Part shown: positions 39,451-52,179 of the stretch, piece by piece
Numbering within the stretch: position 1 is the stretch's first letter
Layout: each line of letters starts with the position of its first letter
Assembly: GCA_036172245.1 (NCBI GenBank)
Contig: JAYWIR010000002.1
Coordinates: forward strand, 6,510,001 to 6,574,000
Source of the DNA: Raillietiella orientalis
Taxonomy: Eukaryota
Length of the DNA: 64,000 bases
Reading direction: 5' to 3'
Notes under the pieces: generated by a model
Database searches by the model: none
Told to the model about the DNA's origin: nothing
What the model saw: the letters and a program-made list of their open reading frames with translations, nothing else
Made by a program: the position numbers and the translations under genes

Positions 39451-40249
39451 GAATCAAACTTTGAGAGTGTGGGTAGGCAAGGAGCTTTCAGGTGTGTTCA
39501 AGGAGGCTGCAAACGAGAAATTTGGAAAAAGCGCAGAAAATCTGATGGCTGGAAAATGTTGCGAGACCGCAGCGGTTGATTCTACCAAGCAGCGCATCTT
39601 TCGGATCGCTGAGTGAGTGATTGCTAAAGCGAACTTCCGATGACTCTCATCTGTTAAGAGCTGTGGTCGCTAAGCAGCAAACTTTCATCGTAAATCAAGA
39701 AATTCAGCATTCCGTTTTTCAAGTGGAGGCTGCTATCTCTGATTGAAAACGCTTTTCGGCAGGACACCTTTCGGTCTTTTCAAAGAAAATGAGGGCCTCT
39801 TGGAACTAGCTGGAGATTCACGGAGGTATGTCTCGAGTTTTTTTTTTTTTTTCTCTCTCTCCCTCTCATGCTTTGGGAACTGCCCAGAATTCGATTAGAA
39901 CGTGCCCCCACGCGAAAGCAACTCAAATCTTTCATCATTTTTGCTGATTCCACTCTTCTGAAGAAACTCCTTCGTTAATGGTGATTAATCGTTTAACACC
40001 GAGAATGACTGCACCGCTGATCAAGATGAAAGCTCGATAACTCCAAGATGGTTCATCAATCACAAGATCATTGGAATGTGATCTCTTTGCACGTGCGGAT
40101 TAGCACATGAGTTGATAAACAAAAACCTCTCGTTGGGACGGGCCCAGGCCTCAAAAGGAAGATTCGACTACCGAGGGTCACGGAGAAAAGGGGGGAAAAA
40201 TGAAAGCGGGATGTGCGGGTAAGCATGTCCTAAGAAGTAGGGAAAAAGC

Positions 40250-41400
40250 AGCCATTTATAAGTCGCTGAAAGAGCGACAATAACAAGAGCACATCTGAAG
40301 CCGTTTCTCGACTCCAGGAAGGCTTTGGAAACTCTTCAGGCCCTGCTCAAATCGACCTCCATGAACTGCTGTGCAGCAGGAGCGCAACCCGATGAAGAGT
40401 TCGAGGATAACTGCGAGAAAATTCTGGAAAGGGAATTCACGGCTGGGAGGAATGATCAAAGTGAAACAAGTGCGCTCGTGAAGCTGCCGAGCCAAGGTCG
40501 CCATGAGCGAGCGTAGAGGTTGAGAGGTTGCTCGGAGAGGTTGAGGTGGATCGTGGTTGCGCGAGCAGCGCCAACGTTGGTGGAACGACGGAAACAGGAA
40601 CTCGCTGCTGGAAGGAGCAGGTCTCCACACTCTGGAATCAGATCAAAGAAAAAAAGAAAATCCGCTGTTTGAAGAACCTAAAATACCATTCAGAAAACAC
40701 AGAGGAAAAAAAATGGGTACTTGCATGGAAACATTTGAAAATAAATAAAACCAATATGTAGGTCAAAAAACAAATGCTCAAACTTTTCTTAAATCTGAAA
40801 CAAAAAGGACTTGGAGATGACGTTGTTATCTTTGGAGACTGCGTAAAATTCCATTACATTATGAGCGACGACCAGACGATGAGGAGATGAAGGTTGCAGC
40901 ATCAACGCCTGGCTGCGAGAAAAGGACGTACTAAGCGGAACGAAGAATCCCACTGCTTAGTCAAAGGTAGGATTTAGCAGCCCTGGGATGCGTTTACTGC
41001 ACTAATGATGAGCACTGGAATGCGACTCGTAAGCAGATAGATGGACCAAACGAGAAGCTTGTTTCAAGATGGTAAGCTGCACCAGATCGTTCCTTGGATT
41101 CATCACCAGCAAGTAGCTGCAGCAGACGCCAAGTCAATCGAGGGAGAGCGTTGAAGATCCATTTCTCAGATGTGCAGGTCTCCTCCCGGTAAACCCAGGA
41201 AGGCTACTCTTGCCTTTCTGCTGTGCAGAACGCATCATCATGCCGAAACAACGGTCCCAACTCTCCAAGACTGCCGAGTGAGCTTTCGAATGCCAAGTTG
41301 CTGTTCCTCGAAGTCTGCTCGCAACACCTGGGAGGACACCTCCGGAAACACTCGCGTTTGTTTACCTGCGAACAACAGACTGTATTACAAGGAACACGAG
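40250..41400 (-). pseudogene. Extracellular LRR protein remnant (LRRNT plus LRRs)
   Basis: 'LRADFEE...QSWRVGT...C...ARVAFLGLPG' (LRRNT) and 'QLSSNSSSGCAP...MEVDLSR' (LRR). Confidence 0.42.
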
Positions 41401-41898
41401 GGCCTTGCGACTGCCCGATTCATGCAAATGCAACTCCAGCAATTTATTGATGGATTCTATGCAGCGTCCTGCATCATGTCTGTATCGGAATTAATGCGAG
41501 AATGCTGTGACGTAGGTTTTCATGGTCCGGAACGCCACATCAAGTTTTCATTAATATACGAAGAAAGCGGATTAGAGGTATTGAAACCATCAGCGGCTGC
41601 AGGAAATTTCTCTTGTGCTCGAAAACTGCATTCTTCATTTGGTCGACAGAACATGAAAAAGACATTTGCAATACAACGAGCATGAGTAGCTACGATGAGT
41701 TTCACAGACGTTCCTGCAGCAATGATAGTCATCATTGATGCCTTTAGTTGTTCTTGCTGAAACAACTTTTGAAAACTGTTTAATGTGCGATGATGACGGT
41801 GGATTGTGCTTTCCTGAAGTTGTACCAGCAACGCCCCATCTTCCAGTATACCTGTTGTATCTCTGCACGATCACGTAAATCCTAAAGACAAAGGATTT

Positions 41899-41946
41899 AA
41901 TATATATATATATATATATGTATATGTGTGTGTGCGTGTGTGTGTG
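41899..41946. repeat. (TA)n-(TG)n compound microsatellite
   Basis: Run of TA followed by an imperfect TG run. Confidence 0.92.
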
Positions 41947-42965
41947 TTCTGTTTTTCTTCGTTCGTGAGTTGCAATGCAAAATGGTTGCTTGACTTACGT
42001 GTCCTGGCGTTTTCATGGATTCGCCCTTTGACCATGGATAATGGGAAGAAGAACCAGTTAAAGACGTTCCTGCCGTCTCTCTCGAAAACCATCAAATTCT
42101 TCCAGGGTTCCTGAACGATGCTCTCAAGAGAAGTGTCAGACACTGCTGAAATGTAATTAATTTTCTTTACAAGAATGGTTCCTGGGAATTACGACATTTG
42201 GGGAAGCAACGTGTTGTTCCTGCAGTAAAGGACATCAGGGAGCACAATTCGATGCTGATTTCAGAATCCAAGGTCTTCAGCACATAGTGAACCATTCTTT
42301 TTTCTTCAAATTGAGCTCAAAGCATCTATGATGAATGTTCTTGTGAGTGAGGATTTTTCACTGGATGAAGTATCCTTACAATTCAGAAATCCTATACTTG
42401 ATTTATCAAATAATCTAGCATCTGGCTGACAATCATATATCTTCAGGATAAAATATAAGTCGAAGTGAGTCAAGGAGAGAATCACATGTAATGAGGACAG
42501 AAAAATGCAATCCATGATGAAATCTGTTTCATAATTTGTCCCGAATCCATTTACTTATCGCTTGATCAATGCAGCAAAATTGATGAGAGAAGATAATTAA
42601 TGAAAACAAAAAGATATCGTTAAAAAAGCGCTCGTGCTTAATTTATCGAGGACGATATATATTTTCTATTTGGTAAACCGAGGACATTTCATCAGTGGGA
42701 GCCCATAAACAAAACCAGGTTCAAAAGATCCACTGTAGAGGAGGATGCTGATAAGAGTAGCTAGCCTGCAACTTTCATTAGCTTCCGCAACCTGTTCTCC
42801 TTTCGGCAACAGATAAATCTTCTGTACTCTTCAACCCTTTGACTCAGAAAAGCTCAATTCTAACGAGATGATTGTAACTCGATTCTGGCAGTCATCAAAA
42901 TTTACCATTTGAGGAACTTTCGTTCAAATTTGTTGAATTGCCATAAAAATATCACCGTTACAAGA

Positions 42966-43002
42966 GCGATTTGCCAAACAGCATTGCTGTTTGGCAAATC
43001 GC
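42966..43002. repeat. Perfect palindrome, 18-bp arms, 1-nt spacer
   Basis: GCGATTTGCCAAACAGCA-T-TGCTGTTTGGCAAATCGC. Confidence 0.97.
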
Positions 43003-44129
43003 CGCAAGCACAACCTCTAATTGTACCCTCGAAAGAAGACGTGACCGAAGTGACCGCAAGCTAATGAGGGCTCAAGTTTTCTTGAGATCACGAACCAAAG
43101 GATCCACCACAGTCTCTTCATCGGGGCTGGTTGGCTATTCAAAGTGATAAAAGCAGTGCAACTTTTTGCCGCATATTGGGATACGGCACAGGGAATAAAA
43201 CGTGCTGATACTGCTCATTGAGAAAACGTCCCCGTGGACAGAAACAACGAAACGCTTAGCACAGCAGCAGAAACAAATCTGAGCTATTCCTCATAGCTAT
43301 TTACCTTTATGTTCTTACAGGGGGCTTTATCGGAGAGTTTTTTTTTTTTTTCTTAACGCTGCCCTATCATTCAAGTGAGTGTAGGTGCGGCTCCCGGTTT
43401 GAAACCGTTTTCATAGAGTGTAAGCCTTGCCCATTTTGCTTGTTTGAGACATACATAGAAGAACTCCCTTAGAAACAGAAAAGGGTAATGGACAACGAAG
43501 ACTAAATGGAGACAGATCTCGCAGAGAAATCGATCTACTAGATCCATGCCGCGACCTCTCTTCAGGCGTTCCTTGTTCTCAATACGTGATGTCTTCAAGG
43601 GAGAAAGATTGCCTTGAATTCCATCAGTCAGTCCTTCCTGAATAATTTTCTTTTCTGCACCTGAATGAAGTGGCAGAAAAAAAAAAAAAAAAGGGACCTC
43701 AATCCAAATCAAGACATTCAAGTCCTAGAAGAAAAGTGCCCTTAAATATGCTAAACCAAGTAGCAGAAAGTCTTTCGATCAGTGAACACATGGAAGCAAG
43801 GGGATTTTTAACTCAGTGCAGTCGTAAGAAGAACCTGCTCTCTATTCATCACTCACCAGCAACGTTGATGATAAACAGCAAGACCGTTCATCGACAAATC
43901 CAGAAGATGAAAAAAAAAAAGGTTGCTTTCCCGTTTCGAAACCGTTTCATGCATCATCACCAGACGGATTGGTGATCCAGTATTGCAGACTCAATCACTG
44001 CTTGCTCATATCAACATCTAATCATAAGATCTTTATGCGATCAGCTACTCATCGATCTTTGATAGGATCAAGAAACGTTTCCGGATTCTGACCAAGATTG
44101 AGAACGGAGGTTTGGATTCACATCAGCAC

Positions 44130-44960
44130 TCATGATGGACGCGATCGGTGACTTCCGGCAAGACATGATCCAACTGCCTTTTCAATAGGAAGACAAGAGA
44201 ACCTGATTTCTTTCCCCAAGCCAAGGTATCCGTGAACCCGACTGTTCAAGAAATGGAGCTTCAGTTTTCCAAAGAAATGTGTTCCAGGGAAAAGACGACT
44301 TAGAGGAAAAGACAGAGAAGCATACGAGCGCACCCCACAAAAGTATGATGACGGACTGACCATCCCAGAGTAGCACGAACATCCAGGTGCCGCTGCACGA
44401 CGAGCGGACAGCACGCGGCCGCCAGAAGAGCAGAACACAGCCAAGACGGCCAGAAGAGAGTCAGAGTGTTTCCTTCACTCTGTTCTTCGGGAATTTGGGG
44501 AGCTCACGGGTGGAACACACCGGATGCGGCGTGGAAGTGCAGGAGCTGCGGCTCGGAGAAATGAAAAGCGAGAGACATCACGCGAGTCTGTGGCGGGTGC
44601 CAAGAAAACTTCAATCAGTCGAGAGAGTGGAGACGTGGAGTTTCTACAGTAGAGGACCCATAGCGGAGGTGTTCAGCGGTGTCAAAGTGCGTACGAACTC
44701 CTGGAAAATTGGAAGCAGGATGCTGAATGATTTCAGTCAATCGATCGTTTCAAGGCTGTTTTTCGAGACAGGATATAACAGTCAAGGAAGTAATTAGAAG
44801 CCGCCATTGCCAGCTTTTGGGAAAGAATAATGTAATGCCACTGCAGCAGCTCGAAATCTTGCACTACTGTGACGCCTTGCATGGGAAAAATTTCCTTTTG
44901 ATCACTTCTAAGGAAATCTACCGTGGCTGCGCAGAATGCGAGCAGATGCAGTTTTATTTT
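44130..44960 (-). pseudogene. Possible F-box remnant
   Basis: 'KLHLLAF...QWHYIILSQK' (F-box LPxxLL...WxxIIxS) and downstream 'VFCSSGG'. Weak. Confidence 0.22.
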
Positions 44961-47341
44961 CAAGCAAAGATGGATTCCTCCTCTTGAGTGGTATACAGAG
45001 AAACCATTTTTTCTCGAAACAGAATTCGCTCTTGAGTGGTCGAATAAAGATTTCCTCTCCGGTGGAATAAAGATAAGCCTTGCTTCAAAGAGGTCGTTCT
45101 TCACTGACGTCTCGTAACCCATAACTTTCATTAAGAGTTAAAAGGCGCTGATTATCTGACCATAAGAGTTCAAGAAGCAGGTAAGCCAGCGGATGCTCCA
45201 GTTGGTGATTGCTGTTGCTTCCGCCCTAGAAGCTGCTTAAACATGTAAAATATTCCGAGAATACTTTCCTCTATCAGGTAGCAGAAGCTAGACTTGATTG
45301 CAAAATTCATTGCAGAGGATTCCGAATCCACAGAGGATACGAAAAGCCCTGACCATGACCAAAAGACATCAGCAAGACTTCTCGACGACAAAATATGCGC
45401 TCTGATTTCAGCCCAACCCACATCACGGGTTCCTGGATCACATTGGCGCGTTAATCAAGGAGCTACTCTTCCGCAAGCAGTTTGTTCCACTCGAGGTTGT
45501 CATGTGTACACGTGCGGCTACTAATGGATACCCGTGGTCTCTGTCAAGTGAACAGCACCCGGTGTCTCCACGCCTACATAAATTCTACTAAATATTCATG
45601 CAGCACGTTCGGTGATTCCTCAGCACCAGTAAACTACACTTCGCCATGCTTCGAGGCTTCTCCGGGGTTTCGATGCCTGGAATGCCGGCGGGGTGGTGAA
45701 GTCTTGAGCTAAACTGACTTGAGCCTCCTTGAATCACGAGCTGGAAAAAAAAGAAAAGACAGAGTTTCGGAAATGCAAACCAAAGAGTGATTTCGGATCC
45801 GCAATGCAGGCAAACGTGAGCTAAACCTCGGATTCGAGCTAGGAGTGGAGTTCACTAAAACTTTGAACTTGTGCTCGGTTGCTATGAATTCCAAGCCACT
45901 CGATTTTTCAGGCGAGAATTTGAAAGGAAACCTCCGTGTCACAAAAAAATGCCACGAGCATCGGCAGAGTTTGCGCAAACCGGATGACCACCGGCACTGC
46001 GCTGAACAGTAAGGTCAGGCAGGGTTAAGTTACATGTGAGATGTTTTCCAGAGGATCAACTCAGGAGAGCATCGTGAAAATCACAGACACCATCTATGCT
46101 TAGAAAATCCTGAATAATTTGCAATGAACACCACTGTCTTCAGTTTATTTAGAGGAATGTTGATGACCACTGCATTTTCAGATCATTCGAAATTTGAACC
46201 GTTGCAAGATGTCGAGAATGTTTGTCGAGAACAGGGTCTGCAAGTTAACAACCAGCCGACCTCCGCAAAGGATCCGGAAGCTGGAAAGCGGTAGAGGGAG
46301 GAAAATCTCCAACTTCGAATATGTGCTGAAAATTTCGTCTTGATTGAGCCATCAAATTCTGAGATCAGCCGTTCAGCATCGGACTGAAGTCTCCGAGAGC
46401 GTTAGCTGACCCCAACAGGCAGCACTGGGAGCTGCTGGCTTCACCTTATCGGAATGTGAGCCGCATCTGATGGCACTCGGCTGGATGCTCTGGCTAACAA
46501 CGTCCTTGTGCGCAGACGGAATGTGGAAGAACTGCTTCTCTCGTCATCTCCGTGGCTCGAACAGTTCCGAATGTCTTGGAAACGGTGCTTGTAAGCACCC
46601 CATTTCCAACAGACTCCCCCGTTTCCTCTACCAGATCCCAACACTACTGTGCCCAGCCGCACACTAGCGTCTTGCGACCCGGGAACGTCGAAACAAGGAA
46701 AGCAAACAAACCTGGAGGCTCTTTCGTGATTCCATCACGACCTCTGCAGCCTGGGTAAAAGTGACGGTGAAGGTTGCTCTGTGTCGAACTCGTATCCGCT
46801 CGTCGAAGGAGCACACGCAGGGATGCACCCTCGGCGATGCATCATCGGGTGCAGGAAACAATCAGGTGGCCATTTTTTTGCTGCGCCACCTTTTCACGTG
46901 TTCGACCTTCAGCGAGATGGATTTATAGGTGCGGATCTTGTTCGACGTGCTGAAGTATCTTAAAATACACCGTGCTCGCGATTCTGAATGCGAATTCTTT
47001 GGTAGCGGGAATTTCTTCTAAGCTCGCCCCTGGGCTTCTGAAAGAGTTCACGGTGCATCAAGAAATGTCATCGGATAACCCTGTTTGCGAAGGCGGACCG
47101 GAGATGCAGGGGTAGTCTTAGGCGATCGCCGCAACTTTTCTGTTTCCGTGGCATCTCATCGTGACCAGGGACTTTTTTTTAATTCAGCCCTCTCAGACCA
47201 TTGCGGGACTTGGAAGATGCAGTGAGCGCGGTCTTTCGACTTTCGATCGCCCCTCGCTTAAGGACAGTTTCTTAGGTCTTTCTTAGGGACAGTGATGTTG
47301 CCTACTACAAGTTCTCTTACAAAGAGGTCCATGGCCACACT

Positions 47342-47500
47342 GCCTGCGTTGGCAGAGGATTGGATGCGGTATCGCGCGTGGCACCGAGCAAGGCAGGTTC
47401 CAGTCCCCCCTCAGGTGCGCGGTTGGCCTATAGGTTCCGAGTGCGGCACTAGTTGACACCAGGTCACGCTGAGACAGCTGTATTTATAAGAAAAATAAAC
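47342..47500 (+). mobile_element. SINE-like element, copy D (diverged head, short)
   Basis: GCCTGCGTTGG...CGCGCGTGGCACC...GGTTCCAGTCC...GCGCGGTTGGCC aligns with the heads of copies A and B; it ends in A-rich TATTTATAAGAAAAATAAAC. Confidence 0.65.
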
Positions 47501-48339
47501 ATACACGTCTGTGGCAGGACATTTGATCCTGCCAGTTATAAAAACGAAAAGGAACCTGCCAGGAACGGGTCGCCTCGGCAGCACAGGGGAAGGGGAGACA
47601 AACAAAAAGAAAAACATAAAACAAAAAAAAAGGCAGTCAAAAAATGGGAGTGGGGGGAAGCTCGGGAAGAGATCACTGTGTGCGGGAGGTGTACTCTGCT
47701 TACTTGTAAGGATTCTGGCAAGTTCCTGTTTCAAGACTTCCAGATGAGATGATCTTGATGCTGTCCTCATGAAGAAGGCAGCAAAATAGAAGACGTCGCT
47801 GTCGTTCTGCCCTCCTCTGGCATTGCTCCATGCAGCCACGATCCTTCCCGATGGCAGCAAAGTGCTGCTAGGGATGAGGCCGCTGTGACGGCGTCGCACA
47901 GGAAGAGACTCTTTAAAACACCTCTGGCTTTGCTGCCGGGGTTCCAAGGGTAGCAGCAAAGCGTCCCCAAAAGGGTCGGAGGGCAACGCAGTCCACTAGG
48001 AGGTGCGGGAGGGATTCCTGCTCCCCGCAACTGGCACACTTTGGGTCCACCCCTCCTCCCCGTGTACAATGATTCCTGTGGCCTTTTCACGGAAGGCCCC
48101 AATGCAGCAGCATCAGTGCCGACTCTTCCCACTTTAATGAGAGGATGTGAGTTTTCACAATCATCGGAGAACTCTGCAGGTCTTCCTACGAAATACCCAG
48201 TAGCACGTCCCAGCGCAAAAGTCCACTGGTGGAGCGGCACTGGTGGGAGTCGCAAACCAGAAGCCCTCGCTGACTGACCGGGATTGGAAGCTGAACCATA
48301 AGGGTCATTCCAAGGATCAAGGAGCCGGTTCTCTTTAAT

Positions 48340-48639
48340 GATTTCTTCAGGGCGGAAACAGGGAGAGATTCCTTTACGGGTTCTTTTCGGCGAAGAAATT
48401 CAAGAGCGCATCCTTTCGGGGTTCCCTTCGAGATAACCAGGGAGAGGGTTTCCTCTCAAGCACGATAAGAACGGATTCCTTTCTCCGGAGCTTTCCTGAA
48501 TTCATAGGGCGTTGCCCTTTTCGGCGGTATATCCTAACCTGAAGGACCCTCGGGTGACCTGGAACCGTCTTAAGGAGCTTCGTAAATCCCTTGGCAAACG
48601 GCTTTTGAGTACTCGGCGAGCCAAAAAAAAAAAAAAAAA
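48340..48639 (+). mobile_element. SINE-like element, copy C (diverged 3' part with A17 tail)
   Basis: Aligns to the reverse complement of ~56173-56545 (e.g. GAAGAAATTC, GGGTTCCCTTCG, TGGAAC.GTCTTAA.GAGC, TACT..GCGA.CC), followed by 17 A. Confidence 0.75.
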
Positions 48640-51600
48640 GAGAGAGGTTCATAGTCGAAGACTGTTGGCTTTCTTTTCAGAAACCCTATTGGAGCAACAG
48701 GGTTCACTCCTTGAAACCAGTCAGATAAGTGTGAGAGACGGCGATCTGAAGATCAGTCGCTTCTAGTTGAGCCGGATTTCCAGCCAGCATCGCTGGAAAG
48801 AGAAGATGATAAAGTCAGCATCTCATTCTGCGCACTGGCTGGTGCAAAACTTGGCACGGCCGCAAAAAATGGAGAAAAAGGAAAAGGTCCTTGCTTCCGA
48901 GCCTGAAACCAGTTTCCGTGAGCCGCGAAGCTGGCATTCTGTATCGTTGCTGCGGCGGCGGAGAGAACAATTTCGCACTCTGACTATTTTTCTTCCTATT
49001 TTTAGGTTCTGAAAACAGGAATGAAAATGCCGCTGTCTCTGGACTGTAAAGACAACCGTAAGAAACACCGATTCCACCACGCCTAATTTCGTTGACGTGT
49101 CGGCTTGAACTGCCGTGAGACAGACGAGGTCAGAGACGTGATGAGCACCGGCGGACTAAAAGTCAGTCCAGGCCATTCGGGACACCTGGATAAAATCGAT
49201 CGAGAGATTCAGTCACCGAGCTACGGCTCGAGACAAGGCAGGCAGTGCAGCAGGGAAGTGAAGAACAGGGCTACATGGATGGATGCAGCGGAATCAGCCC
49301 CGCCTTTGTCCAAACTTCTCATTGGTTATTGATCCTGATGCTGTAAATATATTACTCCGGTGCCGTATCCTGAAGGATGAGATGCTCCTACTGCATCCAA
49401 GAGAAGCTGGCCGACAATTCATCCGTGTCAATGTGCTTCTTCCGGTCTCTTCCTTGCATAAGGGATGCCGCCATCGTATATCCAGAGGAGCCATTTTCCT
49501 CCGGCCTCCTTTCTCCTCCGGTCTCGATTTTTCATCAACGATGCTTCGGACGCTCGCGTTCCGGTCTGGATTGTTCCTCCGCCTCGTGAGAGCTCCATGA
49601 AGGCTGCTCTGGAAGTTTTTCGGCAGCGAAGAGCCGCTCCTGCAGCTGGAAGAAACACGGAGCACGTTGCAAGGTCAGTCTGGAGGTGTAGTTGCTGTGC
49701 AGGAGCCACGGAATCCCTTCCCTCTTATCCAGGACTCATCAGGTCTCCCATTATGTGTCGCGAGAGAGCTCCTCTCGTCCTGTTGGTCAGATGGCGACAC
49801 CTGAAGGTCCGAGGTGGGATCAGATGAGAAACTGGCCAAGATAATTGGGCCAGCAGATGCTGATTGATTCCTGAAGAGCAACCGATTATTCATCCAGCTA
49901 ACCATCCTTATTAATTCTCGGGAATCGACTTGCTTCATCACAAGAACGATTTTTTCCCACTCGGTTGGGATGGCACCGCAATGATTCGTGGTGGTAATGA
50001 GAAAATTGGTCCGGAGCCATGCATTGAGATTCACGGCAGCAACAAATAACTGCCGTCTGCCGTCCTTTTAGGTGCGCTGTGTAACATGAGCGTTTCATTC
50101 CTCCGGAACCACAAGCAGGATCGGGAGGAACGTGAACTCGGCATCGACCTCGGAGACGCATGCCTGGAGCAGAACAGAAACAATGTTTCGAAGCTTCGGC
50201 TCTCGGAGAAATTACGTATCATCAAATAGCGTGTATCTTTCAACAGCAGAAGCGCATAAATTGCTGTAGAATCTCAAAAGGCTGCTAAAGCGAGGAACGT
50301 TTTTTGCGACCCATCTCAAGCATTCGCAGCTAAAACGAACTGGCAGAAAGCTTCAGGGGGAACGCAAGACCTCGTGCAGCGCATCAGCAGCAATTCCTCA
50401 CAGTTATCAAGGGTTACCAAAATTCCCCTGGAGTCCATCAAGCGTGAGCATCTCTGAATCCAGAATGGGCGGGAAGGCTGCAAACAAACAAAACGTGAAT
50501 AATTCGATTCCCCGACTCGCACTTTTCTGTGCCAAAAGAATCGACCCGTGAGACAGTGACTCCTTGCCTTCAGAACCGAAAGGAGGAATTCTTTGGTGCT
50601 TTTTCCACAAATCGTGCGTCTGCCGCCGAGAACATCATGGGCGCAAGTTCACGAGTCCCAAGTCTACACTCTATTAGCAGGCCGAATGATTAACGACCAT
50701 GGAAGTGTCCCGGGTGCTCTGACTGACCACGCACGCAGGGTGCCCTTCGATCCCTTCTCACGGGTGTACTTGAGCCAGACAGCAAACCATTGGCTAGGAT
50801 GAAAGGGAGCAATGAATTGAAGCTGATGCGCTTGTCTGCAGGCAAAAAAAAAAAAAAAGGTCAGCTGCTCGATCGCATCTTCTAGCCGTCACATGAAATG
50901 AAACAGACACCTGATTTTTCGCGGCTCCTCTTCTCTGTGACATTCAGGAAAAAGTCATCGAGTCCCTGCTTCCTAGCATCCAGGACCCATCTTTCAACTC
51001 GAAGATGCTCCCAACTATCGACTGTTCGAGAAGGTAGGGAATCGTGCGAGGAAAGATTCGCGGGTAGCAGAAGGGGTGGCCTTTGCATGTCTCACCAGGA
51101 AGCGTTCCATCTCAAGAACTCACGGAATGAATAGCGAGCGGATCGTGAACTTGCGGAATGGGGTTTTTTTTTCTTCCAGCATCACTTGAACACGATGAAT
51201 CCTGAGGTCTTTCACCGAAAATAAAATTTATTTTTTCATCTATTCTTATTGAAAAAAAAAAATTAACCCTTTAGTCGGTATCACTTTTGAAGAATCGGTC
51301 TAATAAATGGATGCAAAATAATTCATGCTACCAGAGAGGGAAATGCGTTTCTGATGTTTGCCAAGCGTTGGGAATACCTAAAAGATATCTTGGTCTCTTT
51401 TCCTGCCTTAAAAATGCTCCTCAGGTAGAATACTTCTTCTCCTAAGCCTTAGCGGTGATAAAGAACCTATACTTGGTGTTGTTCGTTGAAGCAGGCTAAC
51501 ATAAGATGGAAAGGATGATCTACTCATGATGATCCGAAGCTCTCGCGCCCAAGCGGAAATTGCAAGCTCAAAGTTGAGGGAATGCTGTCGAGACGTGCTC

Positions 51601-52179
51601 TCAGAGCCGGTTTGTTTCCACGCTCAGGGATGCCCTGCATCTCCGAACCGTCCATCGCCACATAAGCGCATGAAGCTTCAATCTCAACTCTCCGAGTTTC
51701 CGCTCTTCCGTCGGTCTCTATTTTAAAAGTGAGGCACCGTCTCTGGACCACATTTCGTCGTCGGCACTGCTTTGTTCTGGTCTGAGATTCATTTGCAAGA
51801 TGATGCAAGCATCACAGGTACCTTTGCTTTCAGTCCAGAGTGTGTCACCTGAGTTGCCTAGTCTACCAATCTCAATTCTTTTATAAGTGACCCTTCCTGA
51901 ACTTTGCAGCAGCTTCGACATGACAAGTAAGGAGCAAGAAGTGTGTAAGCAAACCTGAAAACAAAGTTGTTGAGATGAGTAACAAGCGAGGTCCAATTAA
52001 CTGTGCCTTGAAAAGGCACTGGTGCATTAGCTGGTTGGAAATCTTCAGATGAATCTGGAGTTTCGACCTAGTTAGGAAACACTTCTCCTCAACACTCTTC
52101 AGCTGAGTCATGCAAAGACTCTGAGGCTTTCTACTGATAAAAAAAGGAGAAGCATTTTTGCGCTACTCTCTGAGGCATA

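Larger units (their letters stand above)
41500..43780 (-). mobile_element. Helitron-like Rep/PIF1 helicase remnant
   Basis: Minus-strand order: 'NVLIWI' (Rep-like), 'GEQVAEANESCRL..ISILLYSGSF' (cf. GERDISAQExCHLL..PLYxSS), degenerate Walker A 'IHENARTRKS' (41991-42020; cf. IxGxAGTGKS), 'GVA...STIH' (motif Ia) and 'VKLIV' (pre-Walker B). Confidence 0.42.
47010..50034 (-). pseudogene. Glyoxal oxidase / galactose-oxidase-like (GLOX) pseudogene, near full length
   Basis: Colinear motifs: 'MNNRLLFRNQ..AGP...PSDQ...ATH', 'SCRSGSSLPKN' (WCSSGxxLPNG), 'RFYPGV' (NLYPFV), 'RVGTDAAAL' (RVMGD), 'SSTLLPSGRIVAAWSN' (HSxAxLLPDGRVLVAGSN) and 'QGYPMTFL' (PGYYMLF). Interrupted by two SINE pieces. Confidence 0.65.

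Noticed and set aside
47342..48639. Single SINE that captured a GLOX fragment
   Set aside because: GLOX motifs continue colinearly outside both SINE pieces.
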